Shown in pieces: positions 23,301 to 34,900 of a stretch of 64,000 nucleotides of DNA. The notes beneath the pieces were generated by a model. That model made no database searches. It had not been told where the DNA came from and saw only the letters and a program-made list of their open reading frames with translations. Within the stretch, counting starts at the first letter, position 1. Every line of letters starts with the position of its first letter. The stretch covers positions 23,473,455 to 23,537,454 of the forward strand of contig OZ316897.1 in assembly GCA_973895155.1 (NCBI GenBank), given 5' to 3'. The translations under genes were made by a program, and so were the position numbers. The DNA is from Marsupella aquatica. Taxonomy: Eukaryota > Plantae > Marchantiophyta.

Positions 23301-23956
23301 TGTATGTCGTTGCAGCGGTTGATGGCCTCACGGATGCCGACTATTATGTTCTCACAAAATAGAAGATCGTCGAGTTCGTTGGCAGTAGGCGTCCACAAGA
23401 ATTCAGCCGTAATGAGTTCTCCTCCTAAGAAGGCAGACTTCTGCAGCTCCCACAGTCGAGCGAGCTCCTGCCGTTCTCGAGCGGCTCTCTCTGATTCTTC
23501 GTCCTCGTAGGTCCCAATGTACTCAGTTGCCCGTTCTAACAGGCATCCCCAAAAAGGAGCAGCTTGATTGACGTTGCTCATACCCTTCTTGAGTTGATTG
23601 TCGGTATCTACTTCCACCCCGAGTGCTTGCCTGAGCAGCGGACAGTAGTTGGCCTCCCGTAGTCGTCTACTTAGTTCGTGCTTGCAAATGAGCCGCCATT
23701 CCTTGCAATCGATCCTTACCCCTCCCTGACTGGTCTTCCTTCCCGTTAGTTACCTATGGCCGTCGGCACTGAGCGCGCCCTAACCCTAATCGTGTTCCTC
23801 CCCCGGGGTTTTTACTTCCGGCCTCGGCTCGGGTTCCATAGCCATCCTTAATTGTTTATATTTTCCATATTTTTGCTACTACACTAATGTGTTTCCAGGG
23901 TTTACTCCTTATTTTATCATTTAAACTGGCCTAGTGATTCCTGGCTAGGCATCACA
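20330..23956 (-). mobile_element. 4.7-kb LTR-like unit, copy 2 (interrupted by copy 1)
   Basis: Minus strand begins TGTGATGCCTAGCC at 23956. ORF pieces at 21824-23617, 20969-21430, 20703-20996 and 20330-20681. Confidence 0.85.
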
Positions 23957-24375
23957 CACGAACATTTTGTCAGTTATAGATGTTTTGATAAATATTGGAC
24001 ACATATCTGAATAAAGTTTCAAAAGTTTTTTCAATTTCATGCGCGCATACCTTGCTAGCGAGATCGCTAGTAAATATTGCCTACCGGTACTTGAGTGATT
24101 TCCATTGTGGATGGCATGCAATCACTTTGTGTATGTTAAACTTTCACAAAAGTTTGGTTGAATTAAATCTTTATATGTGTTGTTAATTGTTAGCGACATT
24201 GCTAGTTAAAATATGCAACATTTAGGACCCACACTTATTATACAGGAGATCCTCGCTAACATACCATCAACATTCTTATTACTTGGAAAATGTCCATTGT
24301 TCAGGTTTTGAAACCTGGAATGCGACAAAAACACGCACTCTTTAACGTCCACCTTAACGGATAAAAGAGATGGAC

Positions 24376-27300
24376 TCAACTACTGTGTAACGGAATCAAA
24401 CTCCACAGTTCACCAACAGTCAGAATTGGCTGTTTCACAAGATTGTCTCTCTCTAGATTAAGCAAAAACTTATTTGAGTACACCCAGAGGAGATGTTTAT
24501 AAGACATGTAGGGTCTTCCTCGCGTGTGCCTCTTGTAGAAGTCATCACAAGAGCAACAAGGGAAGCAACACACTTGAACCCAGTAGTTGTGTGCAATTCT
24601 AGAGTCACTCTCGTGAGTAGCGATGAAATATTGCCATCCCCATCCGTTGCCTGTGCAAATCTTGTCACTTCCAATGACTCTCATTTGTTCGACAGATGCA
24701 GATCGAATGCGTTTAAGAAGCTCAGGGGTGTTCTGGAAACGTTGCCGAACGCCTTTCCCATTTCAAGTCTTCAATCGACGATTTGGATAAGCAATGTCAA
24801 CCCTTTCGGGGAAGGCATTCACATGAATTTGGAGGTCAAGACGACTTGCAGGAGAGAATGATCTGATTGGCGTCGCATCAGAGTATGATAACCCTCTGAT
24901 TTGAAAGCCATTTTGAAGGAGAAAATCAATCTCTTCAGGGGTCAGCCTAGTTCCTCGTTGGACTTGCAGTGCCTCAGGTGGTTGCGGGAGCTGGGCAAGA
25001 GTCCTTCTTCCACCTGTTTTATGGCACTTATTATTCAGACAGAAGTACAGAAGCTGACGATGTGGGGAGGACAACCTCAATCCGTGAATGGCCACACCAA
25101 CAACTCCAGTCCGGAACGCCTTATATCCAATTTCCTTGATCAGATTACGGCATTCTTCTCTACCAAAGACACTTCGATCCACTAGTCCGTTGCACACAGG
25201 TCCACTCCCTTTCCCACTTCGTCTCAAATGCCAGGTCCCATACGAAACATCAACCTCTTCAATAAAAGGGGGCATCCCGAATCCAATCCTGACTATTTTG
25301 AGGAGATGCTATTTCTCCAACATCATTTGTAATCGGTGTTCCTTCTACATCTGTTCCAAGGCTTCGTTCTTCACCATCATCTGAGATATTGATAACTTCA
25401 CGAGGGAGAGCATCTGTCTGGCGGGTGGGACTGTTTTCATTATCAGGAATACACGACAGTCCCCCAAGGTCAGAACCACTTCTGAAACTACTGAATTCAA
25501 CGTACAGATTCCTTCTTTTCAAGCTTGACGGAGACGTCATTGTACGCAATATTTTATCATGTCGATGAGAATCATTCTCATGAATAGATGTGGAAGCATT
25601 ACCCTTCCATTTTCCTAACATTGTCCAAATATCCCCATGTAAAGGCTCTGTTCTATAGAACTCATACTTTCTAGAGGATTCAAATAGTAGATTGGATGCC
25701 TTCTCATAGGCATCCAATGATCCCATAGTATCTGCATTGCGATAGGCCAACTCAAATATTGTAGGACCATTACCACGATGACATCCTTCCATATACAAGG
25801 TGAACGCGACAATCTGTCCAACTGCTCGATTCTGATCAACTTCACATGCTTCCATCAAACCAATTCTCTTCTTCGGTTGGCACGATCGCATTGAAGCATG
25901 AGAAGATTCAGATCCCGCGCATTTTGGCATCAAGGCAGACTCTTTTGCAGTTTGTGTTTGCCACAGAATCAATGTTAGTCAATGTACGGGTCAATGTATT
26001 CAGGCTAGCGACCTCGCTAGCAGAAAGCACACTAGTTATAGACTAGTCAGGGTTAAAACAATGATATTTAGGCTAGCGATCTCGCTGGCTTAAATGGATC
26101 ATAAATGATGGATAAAACTTACCACTCAAATAAAATTGCCCCATTGTCTCCATCGCACAACCCACCATGAAATCCAACCTTGAAGGGATTTGAGCTTTGA
26201 AGGATGACAATTCCCTTCTTTCCACCATTTCTGAATGTCGTCTGCAATTCTATACGCTTCGACGTAAGTTGGGGCAATCCTTAACTTCTCCCATATCTTA
26301 TAATGCTATGCATGACACCCCTCCTTGATGCTATCCAATGTGTGTCTCCTCAGGGACTGAGAAAAATGGAAAGCATCGCTGTGCTCTTTCATAGGATTTT
26401 GAACACCACCAAAAAAACTCGTCGTACAGCAATCCAACCAGCCTCTGCATTGTCAACTATGAATCCTCCAATAACAGGATTATGCACTCCATTCTCCGAT
26501 GCCACATCTACCATCAATCGCCACGCAGTTTCAAGGGACTCGGTGTCTTCGGCTCTCAACTCACAAGTAAAAATTGTACACAGAGCCCGGTAATCGTGGT
26601 CATAAACATGTGCACTGAATGTCAACCGTCCAGTAGTGATGCAATGCATCATGTCAAAACTGACCCAAGCACCTTCCAAAACTCCTCCAGACTCCATGCT
26701 CCTCAAAATGTCCTCACCAGATCCAGGTCCGTATGTACTCATTTTGAATACATGCGCTCGATCATTCTTATTCCCTTGACCAGGAAAAAGGTACCTTTGC
26801 ACAAAAGGGATATTATTCCTTGACTGCATTTCACGAAGGGCATCAAGTTCTCCTTTTTTGGGATTATCCATCTTGATACTCCGGAGTATAGCTTGGAACT
26901 TGGGAGCAATGGAAACCACACCTATGGAACTCCAGATTTCCATCTGTTCTTCTCTCGACAACTGAGATGATGATTCCGGATGCAAAAGTGAGACAAGGCT
27001 GCCAATGGACTGGTTCCTCACACGTGTTGGAGTTGATACTGGATTTCAATCTATGGACCCCTAAAATGACATCTTCCGCAATCTTTCTCGCTGAACGAGA
27101 TTTCCCCTTCCAAACCGGATGGTCATGGAATTCCATATGCACAACCAACCTGGACATATGTATTGAAATGTGACTCTCCAAACCTGGCTTAGGGTACACG
27201 TACAGCAGTTTTGCCGGGCAATTTCGAATACAAAGTGGCCGCTCTTCACAGAATCCACAGACTATGCCACCCTCACTCACGTGCTCCCCAAGACAGAAGA

Positions 27301-28174
27301 TGTCAGTCAGTAACCCTTTCCCTCTAAACGAGCAAGCATTTTTCTCATTCGTATGCTTGAACTTCCGACATCCCAAATTCTGGCATTCAAGTATTCCAGC
27401 ACATCGGACTTTCGAGACAGACCAATGGAACCTTGGCTTTAGGTTTGCAGATGTAGTGACAAGTCGAGTCCACGGATAGCCATCGTTCTCTCGATCCATA
27501 TCTTGAAGACCTCCTCTGCGTCCGGACCCTTCGATGGGAGGAAGTTCAAAAACAACGTTACCATTGTATGTCGATGGCAGACTAGGAACCTGGCATTCCT
27601 TCCACTGATTCCCTCTTTGAAATTGTGCAAGTTCACTCGTGCCACTTATATTGAGGAAAGCGTCATAAGCACTCATCCGATACACTGTTGGCATGGTAAG
27701 CACATCCATTTTCTTGACCAATCCTCCGGGTTCCGAACCACCTCCTGACTTGGCTGACCCACAAGATGTGTCCTGCCTTAGACTATCGGGAGATATTTCA
27801 ATGATATTCGGGGCCATTTCTTTTGTAGGTGTTTCTAGATCGATCACACGAGTAGTCTCTTCTTCGGGAGGAGAATCCACATGGTCCATAATGATTTCAG
27901 GAATGTCATCTTTACTCGACACAACCTCTACATGAGATCCAACCTTCAATGTCCAAACCTTGTTGGAAGTACTACTCTCTTCTCTCAACTCGTGACTACG
28001 TGTTCCATTTTGACAATACAACTCAAACAACTTGCAGATGATATCACCATCTAGAAGTCCAAACCGAGTTGTAAGGAATGACTCTGTCACTGTCACCTCC
28101 GATGAACCTGGTGTGCTAGGAAGCACAACTACATCTCCCGTCATTCTACGCTCCAAAACAACTTTGCAATCCAT
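24376..28174 (-). pseudogene. MULE-type DDE transposase with N-terminal GCM-like zinc domain and C-terminal SWIM finger (frameshifted; intron ~25960-26123)
   Basis: KVRCAGILEC...CGFC..CPAK..HDHP; WVSFDMMH; FIVDNAEAGWIAVRRVF; DAFHFSQSL; SESSHAS; FPCCSCDDF..YKHLLWVY. GTAAG donor at ~26123. Confidence 0.78.
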
Positions 28175-28860
28175 CTCAAATCGTCCCAGACAAAATTTTA
28201 GATGACAACAAAAGAAGAAGATTATGCTTAGGATTGTCTACATGACCCTTATGATGAGACTTTAATCTCATTTCATCCCAACGGAAACAACCCATCGACC
28301 AAATTGTCAAAGAGTTTCCGTTGATGTGACCGTTGTTTTGTCTTTTACTACTTGTATCATCGGAGTCCTCATGCTAGCGAGATCGCTAGCATATAACGAC
28401 ATGCTTTATGATATATTTATAAAGATTTTCCTAGATTTTATGTATATATAGACTACGGATTTCAGGCCAGCGATCTCGCTAGCCAAAAAGTAATTTCAAC
28501 GGTCTTTAATTTTACTGTTGGGATTCCGTTGATAATAGTCAATGGGTACCAACTACGACCGACACCTGTCCTATTTTGTATGGATTACATACTCCCGGCC
28601 GTGAGAGTTGTTCTTCGCATTTTCCCAAAAGTACAACTAGTGATCTCTGCTAGGAGATTTTTGTTATTCCTTCCTCGAACTTGACATCATCTTCTGTATT
28701 CACGACTGTACCTCTTTAGGACTTCAACTGGTCTTTGTAACAGTCTGTATGGGTGTCCGGTACTGATTGTTGTTGACGTTTGTCACTCGTGCTGGGGTTG
28801 CATCCTCTGGACAGGAACACTCTTCAGCAAAGTACACTCTTTGGCAAAGGTTTTTATTTC

Positions 28861-31800
28861 ATGGAGTCGTCGTTGTCTCCAGAGAGTATTTCTTCCAGAG
28901 GATCGTTCCAGTCCAGGGAGTCAACTAGAAGAGAAACAAGGTCTACAACAAACAAGAAGGTGCTAGCATCGGGATTGAAGACTCCAAGACGACCCAAGAT
29001 GGTGACAACAGTAGATGTTGTGGCACCGGTGTTCGATCCGAGCGCTTCGGAACCTTCAACTGTTGTCATAAACCGTCATCTTTACTCTTTCGGAGTGAAT
29101 GAGTTTGGTTTTTCTCTGGCTCCCCCTCGAATTCCTCTATGCAGGATGAGGAACATGCAAATTGTTCAATCTCTGCAAAAGGATTCAACTGCGATAGACA
29201 CACTGAAGTCCAAGTTCAGGACCCAGGGTTACATTGAAGATGCGCCTCGGTTTTACGTACAAATAACCAACAAGGATGGAGAGCTCCAATTGTGTACTGA
29301 TGTGATCCGCAAAACTTGGGATGACATTTGGGTGCTGCAGAACGAGGAGTTCGAACGCGAATGTGATTCCCATGTATCTTTCACATCCTCAAAGACAAGA
29401 TGTTCTTTGTTTTTGATGGAAACCATCGACTATATTCTTGGACTCAACTTGCAGAAGAGCATCCGGAAGATATTAAGTACCATCCACGAGTTGTTTGCAA
29501 GATTTTTAAGGGTGATAAAAACTCATTTGTTCAGATCGAGTCAACAATGCACGCATTGAACAAGTGCAATTTCTAAGTATAACATTTTCTTGAAATTTGT
29601 GTTTCAGTTAATCATTTTCTGCTAGTGATCTGGCTAACATGAAAATTCTCTGGGAGGTTGACACAATGTCACGTTGAAAACTCCTGGGTTTTGGAGGCCG
29701 AATGGGTCTAGAAGATTTTGAACAACGACTTGTCAGTTTACAAGGATATCATCAATGCTGAGAATTACAAACTTTTCCAGCAGAAGATGGCAAACGTGCG
29801 GAAGGCAGCTTGGTATTCCAAGAACATGACGCTGGATGCCTGCACTTATATTCTATCCACTGCTAACATTGCATCTCAGACAGAAGACCTCAAGAAAAAG
29901 TTTGCTTTGAAGGAAGCTCAAGGGGAGCCTCTGTCGAAGGCCTCACAGGACTTAGAAATACGGGAGATGATGAAGGAGCAATTGGCTGATTGGAATGTGA
30001 AAGTTCCTAAGATCGGTCCATTACTGAATCCAGAATTTGGAGACTTTTTCAAGAAATGTGTAGAAATGCATAACTACTACGAGAATGAGAGAAAGGAGGC
30101 CCAGAGAACTGATGACAAAGGACAAGGAAATGTTTCTTGTGGTCTTGATCGAGCTTGGTTGTTCATAGGTGTGACGTCCTTATCCCCAGAACTCCGATGT
30201 ACACTCCTGGAAGCGCAGTGTCGTCTAGAGCTTTGAAAGAAGTTCTTTCATCCTGGTCAATTTTCAGATAGTGAAACGAAGCTTTGGCTTCACCGTTGGG
30301 CAGTGTGGGAGCAAGTCGAGTCAATTGCGTCTTCCCTCATGTCTGAAATTGTGTCTGAGGTTATGCCTACTGTCCTAGAGTCTCGGATCCTTAGTTCTTC
30401 ATAAAAGACCAAAGCTTTGCTCATCCTTGACATTGAGAAGGATTTTGAGGATTTCCATACTTGTGTGAAGACTCGTTTCTTCAAGCAGATTTGGCCTCCC
30501 AAGACAGGAGAGAAGATCGAGATTGCATTGTTCCGAAGGAGAGCAAAGAGATACACGTATCAAATTTTTGTAGACAGAGAAGTAGCAGACAAATTCTACT
30601 GGTGGTCCTACCGAGCTTGCTTCTCCCCATGGATTGCAGGAGTTAAAGAGGATCCTACAAGTGACAAATTTGGGGATTATTCTATGTTTCCTTGCGAGGG
30701 ATGTGAGGCTCTGAGGAGAATGAGTGAGTGGGAGATTCTTCACTGTCCATGGTATTTGGACTCGGACAAGTGGTCTGTACGTCACCTTCGACACTGCAGA
30801 GAAAGCCGCTCTTCATATGATCAATCGTGGATTCCTTCCGGAGTCTTACATCTCGGAGTCCAAATTGGCACCCACTGACGCTGAAGTTGGTGGTTGCGAG
30901 GCTATGGAAAAGGCTTGTCTTGGTGTAGCTGCAATAGTGGATAGGAGTTGGTCTTGAAAGCCAAGGAAAGGTGCAGTGAAAGACACATCCAAAGATGGGT
31001 CCCAAATATCGGGAAAGCCAAGTAAGTGTGTCAATGTTTCGCTTCATTTTCTTTTCACTATCTTATGTGTTTCTGAAGAGACAGATTCTAATAGCTATTT
31101 TTTGACAGAGAGGAGGAAGGGTACTGCTTCTGAGAGTTTGAAGAGCGGGGCAGATGATGGAGAGGAACCTCACTCCCCAGATGTCGAAGTAACAACAAAG
31201 AGCGCAGTGGATTTGGGAAGTATAAAGCGTCTGAAACAAAAGAGGAATGTCCAGATTCTGTCGGATTCGGACGATGATGAAGTTTCAGTTGCTCAAGGCG
31301 TCGCTCGGATGTGTGGGTTGAAGATGGATGGCCAGAGACATTTCCTTGCTTGCAGTAATTTGACCAACACTGCAAATTCTATCAGCGTAAAGAAAGTAAG
31401 GCCATCTTGGATGGGAGATGGAGATCGATGGATTGCTGGGATGTCCAAGAGCGTCAAATGCCCAAACCCTGTCATCATTAACGGCAAGCCATATGCTGGG
31501 ATTGGAGCACATTTGGGATTCATTTCTCTTCCAACAGGGCATAGAACACGCGTTACAGACAAAGAGGTCCCGTCCTGGAATGTGTGGAGCGAGAAGCTGC
31601 CTTATTACTTTTTTGGAGTCATGAGACCCATGCTTTCGGACGAAGGATATGTGGCTGTGCTTCATAGCTCGGATTTCAATCACATGCGGCAAATATTTAT
31701 TGCGGTCGAGCAAAAAAACAAACACGTACAACAATATACAGTTTTATTATCCACTCCTTTATGGAGAGCCGATATGGATATTGAGGTACATATTACTGAG

Positions 31801-32460
31801 CTGTTTTTGATGCGGTTTATGCTAGCGATGTCGCTAACAAATATCTTATCATTTTCAATTCGAAAAAGGTTCATTTCCTTCTTCAAATTAATGCTAGCGA
31901 TCTCGCTAACAAAGTTTCTGGGCTTTTCTAATAGAATGTCATTCTTCCTTCAGGTGTGCACTCTCATTCTGGACGTCTTCTGTTGAGTGGAATTTAATGC
32001 AAAAATTCCCAAAGACCCTGCCTATGTTCCTTTGACGTCTTCAGAAGATGCCAGGCATAAATCAATGTTGAGCGTCTGTTACCCAAAGATTGCCCCCTGT
32101 CCAACAGCGGCCGTTGCTAGATCAAAAAGGCTATCAATTGGCTTCATGCAAGCCGTGATGGAGTTCCTCACGAAGCCGAGAGATATCGTCCTTGACTGGA
32201 CTGTGTGCGATGGAAGCTCATTTTCCGCATGGGAATACTCCGGTCGGTTCGTTGTTGGTGTTGAGGACATGGACATTCTCCATTCCTGTGCTCAAAAAGG
32301 TTTAACAAGCGTTCTGGAGAGGCACTCTAGCAAGTCCAAGATGATTAAAGATCAGGAAAAGAAGGGTAATCAGGATGCTGGGTCTGATGATGAGTTCACG
32401 ATACCAGGAGATGAACAGGCTGGACCTTCAAGCGAGAAAGACGAATTCGACCAGGAGTAA
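28861..32460 (+). pseudogene. ParB/Srx-like N-terminal domain fused to a C-terminal beta-class (N4/N6) DNA methyltransferase-like domain; introns ~29564-29657 and ~31786-31953
   Basis: RIPLCRM...FVFDGNHR (29415-29429); AHLGFISLPTG at the motif IV position; RPMLSDEGYVAVLH; FLTKPRDIVLDWTVCDGSS..SGRFVVGVE as motif I. Several frameshifts and stops. Confidence 0.72.
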
Positions 32461-32465
32461 AGTAC

Positions 32466-32903
32466 TTGGCCTCTTCTGGTGTCGGACTCCCAATTTGGTT
32501 TCTTTTGTTTTATTCATTTTGTTGCTCTTCCTCAACTGATGCCGGTGGTTGCTTCAGTGATAGGAGGGTGGATTGGTTTTCTGAGGAGAGATTTCATCTT
32601 CGAAAGGAAGTGGAGGAATCCATCGTGGTTACTCCAGAGAAGCCTTTCACTCTTCCGTGCTATGCTGAGAAGTCAGCGAAGGAGGTTGATGACGCTCCTG
32701 TGGTCTTGACCTGGGAGGCGAAAGGGCTTCGCTCAATCAGAGGAGCTCGTAGATATCTGGATTGTTCAAGGTTTATTGACAATGAAGCGGGGACAGTTAG
32801 CCAGTATTTAGATGAGTCTGCCGAGTCTACTGAGAGGGAGACCAGTAGCGATCCCAGTAGAAGTTCGATATCTGATGATTCAGAAGATGAGGTATATGAC
32901 TAA
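32466..32903 (+). CDS. Short conserved ORF/exon downstream of the ParB-MTase gene
   Basis: ERFHLRKEVEESIVVTPEKPFTLPCY..LTWE is conserved with 48830-49140 (ERFHLRRKFLRKVLVTPEKPFVLPSY..FTWE). Confidence 0.45.
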   Translation: MASSGVGLPIWFLLFYSFCCSSSTDAGGCFSDRRVDWFSEERFHLRKEVEESIVVTPEKPFTLPCYAEKSAKEVDDAPVVLTWEAKGLRSIRGARRYLDCSRFIDNEAGTVSQYLDESAESTERETSSDPSRSSISDDSEDEVYD

Positions 32904-34900
32904 TGCAATAGCTTCAGTGTTAAACTGGCTGTACTGCTTACCATCGACTCTTATAGTTTTTTCTGTGAGCCGGTTTTTGGATATCCATACTTTCAATGTA
33001 TAAAGAATGACCATGTTCTCATGAAAGTGCCTGCTATTCGGTTATTGTTTTCCAATATTGTTGTGCGCAGAGTCAAGTATGGAATGCATATGACAATCAT
33101 GCATGATTTCCGTAGTTATAACACTTTCATTGCTTTGAGAGAGGGAAAACAGTGAAATTTGGTCGTTTTTTCCATTAATGTGGTTGTGAGTTCGACCATA
33201 AAATGTGCCTCGCTAACAATGCTGCCTCACTAGCAAAAATTCCTGTTTGCTCGCACCGTAAAATTCCTCTCTAATTCTCACTTCTAAAGGAAAAAATTGA
33301 AATGTAGAGCCTACTCATGCTGATAACCTGTTGAGTACTACATAGCATAGTCTTCTCATTCATGTAGGGAAACATATATACATAGAGGTAATTACTCAGG
33401 TGGTTGTAGAAACTACCTTAGGTTAGTGGTTACACCATGATTTGGAGTAGACTTAACCTTAGGTTCCACCAGCTTTTAAATATGTGGAGAAGGTCCACAT
33501 TTGCAATGAGAATTATTCAGACGGAGGTCAAAGATTAATCAGATATTGGTCATCGTGACTTATTTCCCGACCAATCAGGTCCGCCTCGCTAGCCATTTCC
33601 AGTGTCGCTAGCAAAATTTCCTGTTTTCTCGTTGAATTGACAGCCGAGGATTGAGGAAAACAACTGCCAGATTGGCATTCCAGTGTCAAGAACATTAAAT
33701 TTAGTGGTTGATTGCTGCCTGACTGTTTTTGGATTAATTCAAAGGAAGAATGGTGTCTTTCCACCAGACGTCTTCAACATCTCACCCAAGCAAATTCAAG
33801 CCCAAAAGAAGAGAGAACAGATTAAGCGCAGCTACTATGGTAACAGCAGGAGTTTTTATGATAGCAAGGTGTTCTCCTTCATTTGAATACTTACCTAATG
33901 CTCTGATTGTTATTACTTCTCTCTCAAGACCTTCTACACATGAATCTATTTTCTTGAAGTAGGCATGGGCCCAGCAGAAGCAACACACGCATGCTACACT
34001 ATTCCTTGCAGAACTATGCTTCCTTCTACGTTCACGCGCACGGTCTATGAGCTTTCGGATTCAATCATGCGGTCAACGTAGCGTTTCTACTGCAAATACA
34101 GTCCACTTTCCTGCCTTGTCCGATAATCCTTCACGATAGTACTGTACAGTGCATCATTCCATTCTCGCGTCATTTGAGAATTATTCCCTTACGCCTTCCC
34201 TAACTCCAGAGTAGCTAACAAGCTTTCGAGCACGTTTCACGACCGTATCTTGCGAATCTGAGAAGCTCAGACAGTTGAGATGCAGATTGAACTTCATATC
34301 GTTCTGGTCGAATCCAGACTGTCAACTCCCTTTGAAGCAGAAGAACATGGCCACTTTACTAGAATTGAATTATCTAATCTTCGACATGGATGTATTCGAA
34401 GATCTGAATACATCCATCAGTCTCGGCCAAAGGCTTCCTGCAAGTCGATGAACTCGAAGACTCATTGCTTGAAGTTTTCTGCTGGTGGAGGTCGCCATCC
34501 GCGCATTTGATCTTTATGCCCTTGATTTTCGTCTCCTGTCACCAATGTGAGTTCCCTTCCAGTACCATGTTCACAGCAAGGCAGCTACTGTATGCAAACT
34601 TTTCTTTTGATCTAAGGACAATACTCAACTAAGATGTCAAAAGAGGTTTCTACATATCAAGCCAACAGCTTGATTTCACGCACCTATAATTTCGACACTC
34701 AAAACGAAACTTGCGTGACATTTCTCTTACATGAAATGGTCTTTCAGCCAGAAGAGGGCTAGGTACAACCCCTAATTGCAGAATCTCAAAATTAATGTTA
34801 CAGAATTGCGACACCCAAAACCTGATTGTATCTGCGCTGCCAGTGACTACTGATTTGAAGCCACTTTCCAGCCAGCCCAACACAGCTTTTCAACCTGGGT

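Larger units (their letters stand above)
23957..33630. mobile_element. Mutator-like DNA transposon with divergent transposase and ParB/methyltransferase-like genes (ends approximate)
   Basis: MULE transposase on the minus strand, cargo gene on the plus strand, and GCTAGCGANNTCGCTAGC palindromes from 24054 to ~33612. TIR/TSD not resolved. Confidence 0.7.

Noticed and set aside
33640-34900. Possible exons of another host gene downstream of the PPR gene
   Set aside because: Some splice-like signals are present, but no convincing ORF or recognisable protein.
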